In this document: positions 48,796 through 59,466 of the stretch, in pieces
Layout: every line of letters begins with the position of its first letter
How positions within the stretch are numbered: position 1 is the first letter of the stretch
Program-made: the position numbers and the translations under genes
Notes under the pieces: generated by a model
Database searches by the model: none
What the model was told of the DNA's origin: nothing
Seen by the model: the letters and a program-made list of their open reading frames with translations, nothing else
NCBI GenBank assembly: GCA_020184695.1
Contig: JAANOX010000004.1
Coordinates: forward strand, 1-64,000
Origin: Histomonas meleagridis 2922-C6/04-290x
Lineage: Eukaryota > Protista > Parabasalia
DNA length: 64,000 nt
Reading direction: 5' to 3'

Positions 48796-50985
48796 TCAAG
48801 GCGCTGATTTTGTTATTTTAAATTTGTTCAGCACCTCATAAAACATATCTAATGCCGAATCATATTTTTCCTTGAAGTCCATCATGATTTTTTCTTCTTC
48901 TTTAGTAATAATGAATTCAATCAACGGACAAAATAAAATCGTTGGCAAGTCATCGAACTTTTCTCTAACCAAACATTCCCGAATTGAAGGGACAATTCTC
49001 GAAAATAAAATGTAACCAATGAGTGCTAAAAACACAGGCGATTTGTTTGAAAACTCTTTTATAACATTATTCAATGATTTTTCAAAATTTTTCACAATCG
49101 ATGTGAATAAAGAAGAAACCATGGAGGAAAACCATAACGAAGGGGATAGCTTTAATCTCTTAAATATTACAAATACATCTTTTCTTTCAGAATAAACAAT
49201 ATGCTCAAATAATAATGAAAGTGCAATATTTTCATTTGACCCTACAATCAAAAACTTAGAAACAGAATCATCAATACTTAGCATGGTTAACTCCAATAGG
49301 GATTTTTCTTCATTAATTTTTTCTTTTATTAAGTTGATTAAATTTGTATATTCACATATATAATTTGTTTCAGGTAAAAAACTAATAAGTTCTCTAATTT
49401 TATCTCTGCTTTTACCTTGATGCACTACAATATAAAATAATTCGATAATTTTATAATTATAATCTTCATCATAACTCATATTTTCAAGTAATTTTTGAAG
49501 TTCAGTAGGATGTAATGATATGTATAAAGGTAAATCAATAAAAATTTTCGGGTAAAAATCAAAAACATTTTTTTCATCAATTTTAAGTGATTTTTCTATC
49601 ATTTCCTTAATTAAAGATGTAACAATTTCTTTTGATATAAGTGGAAATGATTTTGGAGATATTATTATATTTAATAATGAATTTCCCCATTTTTTAAATT
49701 GTTTAATTAATGATAGTAATGATTGAATATCTGTCATTTGCATTCCATAAATAATATGTATAAATCGAACAGGATTAGAGCATATAGCAATGATAATATT
49801 CTGTATGTCTGTTATTAAACTTTTTTTCGATTCGTTTTTATGTAAAAGTGTCAATAACGATGTTAAAAGTTTTAAATTTAAATTTGAGTTCGTTTCTAAA
49901 TAATATGATATTAAAAAATCTGTAAATATATATAATACTGATTCTGCTTCTTGTAGTTCTTTGTCTAAACTTTGTACAATAAAATCTATGACTAATGATG
50001 TGATGGCTTTTGACGCTGACAGCGGTATAAACGATAGATTATGACGAGTTTCTTTACGAATCGGTTGCGCCCAACGATTAACATTATTAATATGTTTTAA
50101 CGCATCATAAAATTTTGTAGTATCACCAGTACCAATCGATAAACAACGGCAATATATACAAAAATCATAATAATGTTTCTCATGATGTGGTGAAATTAAA
50201 CGGTCGCACATTTTTTGGATGGAATTTTTTGGAAATGAATTAAACATCCATTTAAGTGATGGATCAAAACACATAAGAATCTCAAAATTGACTGAATCAC
50301 TAAGGTTCTCAATGAGTTGTAGAATAAGATTATATTCAGCTTCATCCACTGGTGATGTACGATGTGATGAAAATCGCGTTAATAATAAATAAAGTGCTGC
50401 CGCAAATTCAAATGAAACAGGACCTTTGTCCCATATTGAAACAGCATATTTGAAAACATTAAAAAGATGTCGAAGATCGATAATAATGGGAGCTGAACGT
50501 AATAATGAATATGAATATATTCGAACAATGGCTATGGGTGATTGAAGACAAAGAAAACAGGCATTAAAATAAATTGTTAATTCAGGTGAATAAATGAGTT
50601 GATTAGTGTGAACTGACCGAAGTATTAAAATTTGTTCTACATCAAATACTTCAGATTCTAGAACTGATGAAATCATTTCTGTGGCATCAGTGGATTGTGG
50701 ACCAGAGCCTTGTGGAATCCATAATCCACTTTGTTTTAAAGCTAAAATTAATGGTTTTATTTTTAAAACATATGTTGACACTAATTTTCTGTAAAGAGCA
50801 CTTGTTAAAATCTGGTGTTCATTTGGAGATGGAAATTGTTGGATAAATTTCTTTATTATTGGTTGCATTAAAACTACAAAATCAGATTTAAAATATTGAA
50901 TTGGACTTAATGAGTCAGAAATTAAAGAAACTGTAAAGTAACAAAGTTCAAGAAAAATTCTCCCTTCTTCAAAGTCATCAGACAT
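48796..50985 (-). CDS. Hypothetical helical (ARM/HEAT-like) protein, 729 aa
   Basis: Long intact ORF, Leu/Ile-rich helical pattern; no family recognised. Confidence 0.75.
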   Translation of the reverse strand: MSDDFEEGRIFLELCYFTVSLISDSLSPIQYFKSDFVVLMQPIIKKFIQQFPSPNEHQILTSALYRKLVSTYVLKIKPLILALKQSGLWIPQGSGPQSTDATEMISSVLESEVFDVEQILILRSVHTNQLIYSPELTIYFNACFLCLQSPIAIVRIYSYSLLRSAPIIIDLRHLFNVFKYAVSIWDKGPVSFEFAAALYLLLTRFSSHRTSPVDEAEYNLILQLIENLSDSVNFEILMCFDPSLKWMFNSFPKNSIQKMCDRLISPHHEKHYYDFCIYCRCLSIGTGDTTKFYDALKHINNVNRWAQPIRKETRHNLSFIPLSASKAITSLVIDFIVQSLDKELQEAESVLYIFTDFLISYYLETNSNLNLKLLTSLLTLLHKNESKKSLITDIQNIIIAICSNPVRFIHIIYGMQMTDIQSLLSLIKQFKKWGNSLLNIIISPKSFPLISKEIVTSLIKEMIEKSLKIDEKNVFDFYPKIFIDLPLYISLHPTELQKLLENMSYDEDYNYKIIELFYIVVHQGKSRDKIRELISFLPETNYICEYTNLINLIKEKINEEKSLLELTMLSIDDSVSKFLIVGSNENIALSLLFEHIVYSERKDVFVIFKRLKLSPSLWFSSMVSSLFTSIVKNFEKSLNNVIKEFSNKSPVFLALIGYILFSRIVPSIRECLVREKFDDLPTILFCPLIEFIITKEEEKIMMDFKEKYDSALDMFYEVLNKFKITKSAP

Positions 50986-51116
50986 ACGAAAATTAGCAAG
51001 GATCCAATTCTAACGGATGTCTTTCACATAACATTTCAAATCAACGAAACCGTTAATAGGAAGCATTTTGGTTTACGTAAGCGACACTTTTAATCAGGGC
51101 ATACCAATGTACGTTT

Positions 51117-51956
51117 ATGGAAAATCGAAATTTTTTGATGCTTTCAAGTTCAGCAATTCGAGAAATTGCAGAAGGCGAAGGAACAGAATATATCTTTGAT
51201 TTTTCTCGAATCAATTCATCTTTGTATAAACCGCTTTTCCGAAGTTTGCAATATTTCATTCCAAAGCGTGTTCAAAAAATTACAATTACATCAAATCCTC
51301 TAAAAAATGAATTTGCAGCAAAAAACAATTCTATCGCACAAACAAAAAAAGATTATATTTATAATCTTTTTCTTTTACTATGTCATGTTATTCCAAAGTC
51401 TACCATATTAAAATCCATTTCTCTTTCTCACATAAACTTTTCACAGAAAGAACTCTTAAAAATTTTTGAAGCTTTTGAAAAAAATTCAAGCATTGAAGAG
51501 ATCAATATCAAAAACATCCCATTTGGTGATTATGAATTTCAATTTCTTATTAAACATTTAAATGCTAAACAAATAAAAACATTACGAATTGAATCATGTC
51601 CAATTAGTGACGAATCAAAAGAAGCAATTATTGATTTTCTTCAAACAAAAGAACATTCGCAAATTAACACAAGTTTTGAATTCATCAACACAAATCTTTC
51701 TGATAAAGCTAATGAAGAAATTTCACGTACAATTAATAAACAACAATCACAAAAATCGATCGATGAACTCAGAGAAGAAAATTATATTTTAAGAAAAGAA
51801 TTTCAAGAATTATTTAAAAGTTGTAATGGAATTAAACTCAATGAAAATGTTTATGTTTTTGGAAAACAGTCAAAAGAATTTGTTCGATTTTTATTCTCTG
51901 CTGAATCTCAAATCCAAGAACTTGAACAACTCAAATCATCCACTTTTGAATTATAA
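51117..51956 (+). CDS. RNI-like leucine-rich-repeat protein with C-terminal coiled coil
   Basis: LKSISLSHINF, IEEINIKNIPFGD, IKTLRIESCPISD repeats. Confidence 0.62.
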   Translation: MENRNFLMLSSSAIREIAEGEGTEYIFDFSRINSSLYKPLFRSLQYFIPKRVQKITITSNPLKNEFAAKNNSIAQTKKDYIYNLFLLLCHVIPKSTILKSISLSHINFSQKELLKIFEAFEKNSSIEEINIKNIPFGDYEFQFLIKHLNAKQIKTLRIESCPISDESKEAIIDFLQTKEHSQINTSFEFINTNLSDKANEEISRTINKQQSQKSIDELREENYILRKEFQELFKSCNGIKLNENVYVFGKQSKEFVRFLFSAESQIQELEQLKSSTFEL

Positions 51957-52181
51957 ACTTTTGTTAAATTTTTCAATTTTTTCTTTTCATTTGTGTTATT
52001 ATTCTCTTGTTTTGATAATTTTTTTAGATGGCTTATTTGTATATTTATATAAATTATGAACTTCTGAGCTTCCTGGGAATATGGAGTTGTCATTTTTAGT
52101 TACCACATAATTTTCTTGATCTTTTTCCCCCATTGCGAAGAAATTTATAAATAAACTTTTCATGTAAATCATTGAAAACCC

Positions 52182-53129
52182 ATGCTGAATCTTTTCTTCA
52201 GGACAAGGAAAGCGAAAGACAAAGCAGAACTTGAGAATGTTGCAAAAGATGTTAGAAACTATTACAAAACAATTGCAAATAACACTCGAAAAACAAACTT
52301 TGTATCACCAATATCTTCAACAACTACAACGTTTTTTGAGGTTTACCTCACTCATTCACTTATAAATGAAACTCGTCAGAATGTTTCACAAAATGATGTT
52401 TTTTTCTTTTCTTCAGTTCTTCCATTTACCGTTTTTCAAGAAAGTAATACCAAAATGAAAATTCGCACAATAACTTCAATATGTTTAGGAACTCTTTTTA
52501 CTAAGAAGGATTACATTAATTTCTTAAAAGGTATTCCTTTTCTCAAAAAAAAGTATTTTAATGATACATTTCTAGTTTTTTCTTCATTTTATCATGTTTT
52601 ATCCACTCAGTTCACATGTGAAGTAACCAATATCAATCCAATTGATGTTTTACTCCGTACATTTTCAGTCAGTTTAATCTACAAATTTAATGACATGATT
52701 TCACATTTTATACATAATCGTTTTCCTTCAATTCCTCCTAAAATTATATTTGCTTTATTATCGTATTTAAGTGTAAATCTCATTGAATCTATCACTAAAT
52801 TTGGGCATAAGCAAACATTTTTCAATTATTGTGAGAAAATTCTTTCATATATTATAAACGAAGCACCTCAGACACTTCCTCTTGATGTAAACGTTGATAT
52901 TCCAGAGGATTTAATATGTCCCATTTGTCATGACATCTTAAAATCACCAAAAGAGTCTTATGGATTCTTCTTTTGTGCTGACTGCATCAATCGTTGGATA
53001 TCATATGGTAACCACGTGCATCCTTGCACAGCAGAAACAATAACCTCCGAAATGATAAAACCTTCTCTATTAATGGATACTATAACAAATAAATGGATAA
53101 GATTTACTATTAATAATGAAGAAAATTAG
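52182..53129 (+). CDS. Protein with C-terminal RING/U-box-like domain
   Basis: IPEDLICPICHDILKSP..FCADCINRWI..HPCT. Confidence 0.78.
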   Translation: MLNLFFRTRKAKDKAELENVAKDVRNYYKTIANNTRKTNFVSPISSTTTTFFEVYLTHSLINETRQNVSQNDVFFFSSVLPFTVFQESNTKMKIRTITSICLGTLFTKKDYINFLKGIPFLKKKYFNDTFLVFSSFYHVLSTQFTCEVTNINPIDVLLRTFSVSLIYKFNDMISHFIHNRFPSIPPKIIFALLSYLSVNLIESITKFGHKQTFFNYCEKILSYIINEAPQTLPLDVNVDIPEDLICPICHDILKSPKESYGFFFCADCINRWISYGNHVHPCTAETITSEMIKPSLLMDTITNKWIRFTINNEEN

Positions 53130-53351
53130 AAAATAAATTACAAATATTTGATTTTTATGAATAAAATAAAAACTTTATTGTTTTTGTGTATGTTTTTTTC
53201 CCCTTTTTGTCACACAAGAAATTATCTCTTAATGTATTTGGGGTAAAATACAAACAATTATTCATATATGTATGTGTTTAGTTAAAAATCGTTTGTTTCA
53301 TAGAAACATGTTAACGGTCAATGCGTTTTAGGGTACCTTAACTTGAAACGA

Positions 53352-55952
53352 ATGGAAGAAGAACCTTCGATTGCTACAATCTTTGGTTCATCAGTCATTA
53401 ATCAAAAAAACTTTACAACTCATTTTAATAATAATGCATGCGCATTTCCTTGTGGTTGTGTTGTTTCAATTATTTTTTCATCAGGAAGAAAAAGGGAAAA
53501 CTTTATTATTACAGATGACATCAAAGGAATATCATCCATATCATTTTCAAGTACAGGAAATAAATTGGCTATTGGTGAACAAGGAGAAAATTCCAGGATC
53601 ATAATTCTTGAATTTCCAGAAAATAATTATGATCAAATTCTCAATACTACAATCATAGATACACAAGAGAGTGGCTTTTCGTCACTTTGTCTGAACTCAA
53701 AAATCGGAAAATTAATTTCTGTTGGATCTGATAAAACTCCGTATCTTCTTCTTTGGGATATTTCACTTTCAACAACAAAGATTATAGGTTACCTTCGCCT
53801 TCCTACCATTCCAACAGGTGTTTGCATGTCTAATGATGGTACTTTTTGTGTTATTTCTGGCAATAAGCTTCTAAAGTTTGTAGATTTATCGAATTCCATC
53901 AATGGCGAAGCTCATGTTCTTCATTCCATGGATATTGGTATTCGTCATTCTGTTAATTCCAACTTTGTTTCGTGCGGTATTTGTGGTGAACGTTCCCCAA
54001 TAATTTTAGGTTTAACGTCAACAGGATTTTTATATTCATTTGAATCAGCTCCACTTCTTTCTCAATCACTTAATAAACGTTCTGGGAAGCAAAATCATGT
54101 TTCATCACGCATCACAAAGAAATCTTTTAATATTCGTAAAGGCGAAGCTACATGTTTTTCATCGGAATTAAAACTTGCAGGATGTGGTACAGCAGATGGT
54201 ACTGTTGTTTCGATTCAAATAGATTCACAACATCAATTTAAAGTCATAGGCGAGTTAAAATCGCCCGGTAAATCAGTGATTGCAATTGGGATAACAAAAA
54301 ATGAAATTATATCATCATATAATGATGGCGAAATAATTTTCTTACGTAGAAAACGTCAAGCGAAACCGAAAATTGTTTTATCAAGTCATAGAGGACCAAT
54401 ATGTTCAACCTCATTAATAACAGAAGATTATTCATTATTATCGGGTGGAAATGACGGATTTATTCGCTTGTGGAAATGTTCTCCAACATTACAAGAAATA
54501 GAAGAAGAAAATAGTAATAATAATTCGACTAAATTAATTACAGAAACAAAACTTTGTAATCCTTCAAATGATAATACGAAATTAAGCGGTGTTAGATGTG
54601 TTGGTTATTATGAAGATTTTGGTTTTGCTGGTGATGATAATGGAAGTTTGCATGTCTTTTATATAAATACATTAAAATGTATACAAAAAATTAATGAAAA
54701 TCAAGATTCTGTTTTATGTTTATGCATAAGTTCATCTTTAACAAAATTATTTACAGGCGGTACTAATGGATTAATTTATATATATGAAATATATCCAAAA
54801 GGTTTAAAGTATCTATTTGCATATAATATCTTTTTGACGCCAATAAATTTAATGACTTTTACTGATACAAAACTTATTGTTGTATCAAATTCTATTTTAA
54901 AGTTTTGCGTCATTGGAACAAAATCAATTGAAGTTATTAAAGAAATTCAATTCGAAGATTTAATAATTTCAATTTCTTATTCTCCAAAAAGTAATTTAAT
55001 CTTAGCAAGTTGTATTAATGGTTATCTTTATACGATATGTAATGAACGTTTCGAAGTTTTTCAAGAATTTCATATTTCAAGTGTCGCATATCCAATTTCT
55101 TTAAATATACATCCGACAGGTTTATGTTATGTTATTGGTATGAGTAATGGTTATATCTATATTTTAGATTCTATTTCAGGTGATATATATTTATCATTTA
55201 ATTCTTTGGTGAATATTATCACAAGTATTACATTTATAGGTAATGATGTTTTAGTTTCTTCATTTAATGGTTGTATTATTAAATGGAATATGCCGAAAAA
55301 GTTCCACGAAATATTTTCAAACGAAATTTATCCTAATGTAACTGTTACAGTGACTTCGAAACTTGGTGCAATGATGCAATCGAAACTTCCAAATTGGGCA
55401 TTCGTGGAAAAACCTGCGCCAATACCTGTTGAAGAAGTTCAAGATGATGTTTATGAAGATGATAATAATGATAACGAAATCATAGAAAAATATAAAAACA
55501 AAAAACCTTTAGTAGAAGATAATGATGATGATGAAGAAGTTGGTAATATATTAAGAAATTCATTTAGATTTCAAAAGAATATACTTCAATCAATTAAATT
55601 ATTACCTTCAAATGAAAATGTTAATAATTTAAGCGGCGTAAAGAAAAGTGGAAACTCTCAAAGTAATGTTCAAATTGAAGAAAACAAATGTCGTAATATA
55701 GAAAAATTAATAGAAGACCTTAAAAGTGAAATGAAAAAGGCTAAGGAATTTATTGAATTAGTGCCAAAAAATGATGAAGAAAAACTAGCTCAAAAATCAC
55801 TTATGGAGGCAATTGAACTGTTCTCTTCAACTCCTTCAAAAATTGATAAAGTCAAAGAAATTGATGAAATTTCAAAGGTGGTAAATGATAACGTTCTCCT
55901 TTCACAAAATAACGTTCGTCTCTCAGAAAATCTAACAGACATATTCAAATGA
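53352..55952 (+). CDS. WD40-repeat protein, WDR62/MAPKBP1-like
   Basis: FPCGCVV, ISSISFSSTGNKLAIGEQG, SHRGPICS..LLSGGNDGFIRLWK; acidic and coiled C-terminus. Confidence 0.8.
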   Translation: MEEEPSIATIFGSSVINQKNFTTHFNNNACAFPCGCVVSIIFSSGRKRENFIITDDIKGISSISFSSTGNKLAIGEQGENSRIIILEFPENNYDQILNTTIIDTQESGFSSLCLNSKIGKLISVGSDKTPYLLLWDISLSTTKIIGYLRLPTIPTGVCMSNDGTFCVISGNKLLKFVDLSNSINGEAHVLHSMDIGIRHSVNSNFVSCGICGERSPIILGLTSTGFLYSFESAPLLSQSLNKRSGKQNHVSSRITKKSFNIRKGEATCFSSELKLAGCGTADGTVVSIQIDSQHQFKVIGELKSPGKSVIAIGITKNEIISSYNDGEIIFLRRKRQAKPKIVLSSHRGPICSTSLITEDYSLLSGGNDGFIRLWKCSPTLQEIEEENSNNNSTKLITETKLCNPSNDNTKLSGVRCVGYYEDFGFAGDDNGSLHVFYINTLKCIQKINENQDSVLCLCISSSLTKLFTGGTNGLIYIYEIYPKGLKYLFAYNIFLTPINLMTFTDTKLIVVSNSILKFCVIGTKSIEVIKEIQFEDLIISISYSPKSNLILASCINGYLYTICNERFEVFQEFHISSVAYPISLNIHPTGLCYVIGMSNGYIYILDSISGDIYLSFNSLVNIITSITFIGNDVLVSSFNGCIIKWNMPKKFHEIFSNEIYPNVTVTVTSKLGAMMQSKLPNWAFVEKPAPIPVEEVQDDVYEDDNNDNEIIEKYKNKKPLVEDNDDDEEVGNILRNSFRFQKNILQSIKLLPSNENVNNLSGVKKSGNSQSNVQIEENKCRNIEKLIEDLKSEMKKAKEFIELVPKNDEEKLAQKSLMEAIELFSSTPSKIDKVKEIDEISKVVNDNVLLSQNNVRLSENLTDIFK

Positions 55953-56189
55953 TCTTTTGGTGTAATTACAAATGTATATAGTGATCCAATTAATGTTGGA
56001 ATTAAAAATTTTGAAAATTTAAGCATATGTATAAATCAAATTCTTATTCTTAATAAGATATTTAAAGAATTATAAATAAATGTTTATCTGAACTCGAAAC
56101 CTTATTTATTTTAATCTTTGTTCAAAAGCTATTTCATTAATTTTTTGCTGCATTCATTGCAAGTGTGTTCATAACTATGGTGTTACCAA

Positions 56190-58811
56190 TAGGGTTGGGA
56201 AAAACTGGGCCAATGGCCCTGATGAAATGAAAAACGGTTGGAAAAAATCTGGGCCATTGGCCCACTTCACCTGGGCCAATGGCCCAGGCCCCATTAAAAC
56301 CGCAGGGGTGCTTGGCCCAGTTCCTTTGGACGTTAATAATTTGAAAGGGGTATCTTGGCCCAGGTCCCGATAACGTTAATAAAGCGAAAAGCCTTATTTG
56401 GCTGGTGTAAATTAATTTCGAATAATATAATTAGATTAGCAGGTTTTGTTTTTTCATCAAAGTAAACTTTTGAAATTCATTTTTTGTACACGTAATCAGC
56501 CGGCCAAATATCACAATATGATTATTTTCAATTCAAAAAATGGCTTTTTGTAATAGTTATCTAAAACAATTAAAACAAGAAGATGTGGTGGCTTTTACTA
56601 AGGTTTTCGATCTCGGGATATTTTTAAAATCAATTCATCTCATATTCATCAATTACACGTCGAGTTATTTACTCGTTACAATATAAAAAAATTCGTCTAG
56701 ATATATTTTTTTTCGTCATGCCTTCCATGTAATCATTTATTACATATTTACCTTGAGAAAATATTCTCTCAACACTTGCTGATGTAGGTCTAAGAGATAT
56801 CATTTTTTTTGCTAAGGTATATAAGATAGGCATCTTATCTTTTTGTGATTCCCACCATTGAACGATATCCACTACATTCTCATTGTTTGATGCGATCATT
56901 TTTTCAATTTCATTTTGATATCTGGTATCAACGATTTGACCCCTTCTCACGAATTGGTTATTACTATTATTTATCTTACTGAATGCTTCAGGATATTTTA
57001 CAAATAAATACTTCATAAATTTAGATTCAAGATTTTTAAAATAATTTGGTAAATCTTCCTCAGGAAATGAAATTTGCAGAAAATTAAGGAGTGGATTTAA
57101 AAATCCACCAATCAATGAATTATACAGAAAATTATGTTTTTGGTATATTGAGATTCTATCAATAGATCCTTTTTTTAAATATTTCTCCTGCTTTTTCGAA
57201 CCCATGTTTAATTAAGATATCACGATGATCAAAATAAATTGTAGCTATGTTGGACATTGCCCAAAAAATAGTTTCTGGGTCATCTTTTTCAAGATCTAAC
57301 ATCATACTTTTAACTCCAATGAAAAATTCACTGAATGCATCGATAATACAAAAGTCACTTATCGAAAAAAATGGAAAATCTTTTATAATAAAACTTTTCC
57401 CATTTTTTGTTAAATATTTCTGATAATTTTCGATAATTCCACGACATTCAATGGCTCTAGAAAATAAATCTGCTAAAGAGTATTTTCTGGTTATACAATA
57501 ACAAGAAAATGATTTATAATTTTTCGAGCTCAGAAGAAGAAAACGCTTAAATTTTCGAGATGAATGTAAAACTGATAATCTAATCGCTAAATCATGAACA
57601 TTTGTTAAAGATTGTAATAAATCGTCTATACATCTATTTAAACTATGGTTACAACAAGGAAAAAAGTCGATACCTTTACATGCTCCTATTACATTGCTTC
57701 CGCAATCACTACATTGAAATGCAATTTTATTTGATATATTATAATAGTTTATTGTGTCTGTAACATAATGAGATATAACGTCTTTTGTCCTTTGAATGTC
57801 ATCGGGAACGATCGAATCTAATAAAAACATTGCATCACATGATGAAGCTGTAATGGCTAAAAAATTATGTTGGAATTTGGACCATTCATCAAAATATATT
57901 GTTAAATACTGATAATTTGTGATAATTTTTATGATTGATTGCTTTACTCTTGTTGTAAGAATTTCCAAATAATTGTAAATTGATCTACTTGAAATTACAT
58001 CAAAAGCAAATAAATTTGTAAAATCTAGATTGTCAACAAGACTTGAATATTGGTTGTTAAGTAAAATACATTTAATAATCTGTTTTTGTGTTGCATTAAT
58101 TACATTTTATAATTTTTTGTGTTTTCTATAACAATGATTAGATATAGTGCTATAGTCTGTACACAGATATTGTGTACAGATTTTGCAAAATGAAATTATC
58201 CAAACATTGTCTTTGTAAACTTGATATATTTCGTCATCTTTTCTAAGGACGACTGCGTGATCAATACCTCTATCATCTGGTAATTGTAATTCTCCCACGA
58301 TCATTGTACCATTCATCGTGGTAAAGTGAATTGGAATTGTGCACATTAAATTAATGTGAAGTGATTATACTCGTCTTTCAGAAGAAATTATTTTCAATCC
58401 AAATTTACATTCAATTTTTCATATTATATTTTTATTTTTCTTAACACTTTTTGAATATGACATTTTCCAAATATTTTATGATCCAACTTTTTCAAATTTT
58501 TTGTGGTTGAACTCGAGATTTTTATTAATTGGTTATTCAAAATTTTGAAATTGGTTATTTCAAGTTAGCTTTATGCAAATTGTAAACCTTGGGTCTTTGC
58601 TTGGCAATTGAATAAGGGACCTTGGCCCAGGTCCCTTTGTCACTTTTGATCATCTTGGCCAAGGTACCCAATCAGGGGCCTGGGCCATAGGGCCAAGGTA
58701 CCTCATTGATGGCCTGGGCCAAGGTGCAAAGGTACCTTTTAGGTACCTAGGCCACAGTGCCAAGATTTGCTGTCACTTTTGGGCCATTGGCCCAGTTGCT
58801 TCCCAACCCTA
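56190..58811. mobile_element. hAT-superfamily DNA transposon, 2622 bp
   Basis: TIRs TAGGGTTGGGAA..ACTGGGCCAATGGCCC at both ends; dense subterminal TGGGCC/GGCCCA repeats (56205-56385, 58600-58800); internal hAT transposase. Confidence 0.92.
56669..58346 (-). pseudogene. hAT transposase (BED-like finger, DDE core, dimerisation domain), disrupted
   Basis: FCKIC..NHCYRKH; YFDEWS; CSDCGSNV; CCNHSLN; WWESQKDKMPILYTLAKKMISLRPTSASVERIFS. In-frame TAA at 58107-58109 and A-run frameshift near 57170. Confidence 0.9.
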
Positions 58812-59042
58812 ATAGAAATAAACAATATTTCTACCTAATGATGTATTATTTATTTATTGAAAAATTAAGATTCTTGATAAAATATGACAGATAATTAAAT
58901 TTTATATTAAAATAAAATAATTAAAGTAACTAGTTACCAATCTTGTGATTTTTTTGTGTGTGTTTATCAAAAAGTGGCATGTGCAAGAACGTTTAATCAT
59001 TAACGTTCACAGAAGAAAGAAAAAAAAAACAAAATAAATAAT

Positions 59043-59387
59043 TTATTCTAGCAAAGTTTTCTGTCTTGAACCTTTCTTTCTTAATTTCACGCCTAATTCA
59101 TCTTGAAGGTATATTGCAAGGTGTTCATAAAAAGGAGATTTTCTTGCTATTAACAATACATCTTCTTCTGAAATTGTTTTACGGCCCGCGTGATTTCGGA
59201 ATGCAATTACATCTCTTGCGATAACTGCACGTGTTGTCATTAACACCAAGTTTGTTAAACAGTTTATAAATCCTGCTGATAAATCCTTATCACCAGCAGC
59301 TTTTGTAGCGATTCTTTGAACGAATATTCTAAGTGACTCGAAGATTTGTTGTAATTCTTCTTCATTACTATTACCTTCTGGTTCCAT
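59043..59387 (-). CDS. CENPS: CENP-S / MHF1 histone-fold protein
   Basis: RDVIAFRNHAGRKTISEEDVLLIARKSP matches the CENP-S C-terminal helix pattern. Confidence 0.85.
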   Translation of the reverse strand: MEPEGNSNEEELQQIFESLRIFVQRIATKAAGDKDLSAGFINCLTNLVLMTTRAVIARDVIAFRNHAGRKTISEEDVLLIARKSPFYEHLAIYLQDELGVKLRKKGSRQKTLLE

Positions 59388-59466
59388 ATAATGTGTTAAG
59401 TTCCAAAAACCAATTCACGAGTGCAAAAAGTGACAAGTTATCGTTCTTAGGAAAACAACGGTTATT

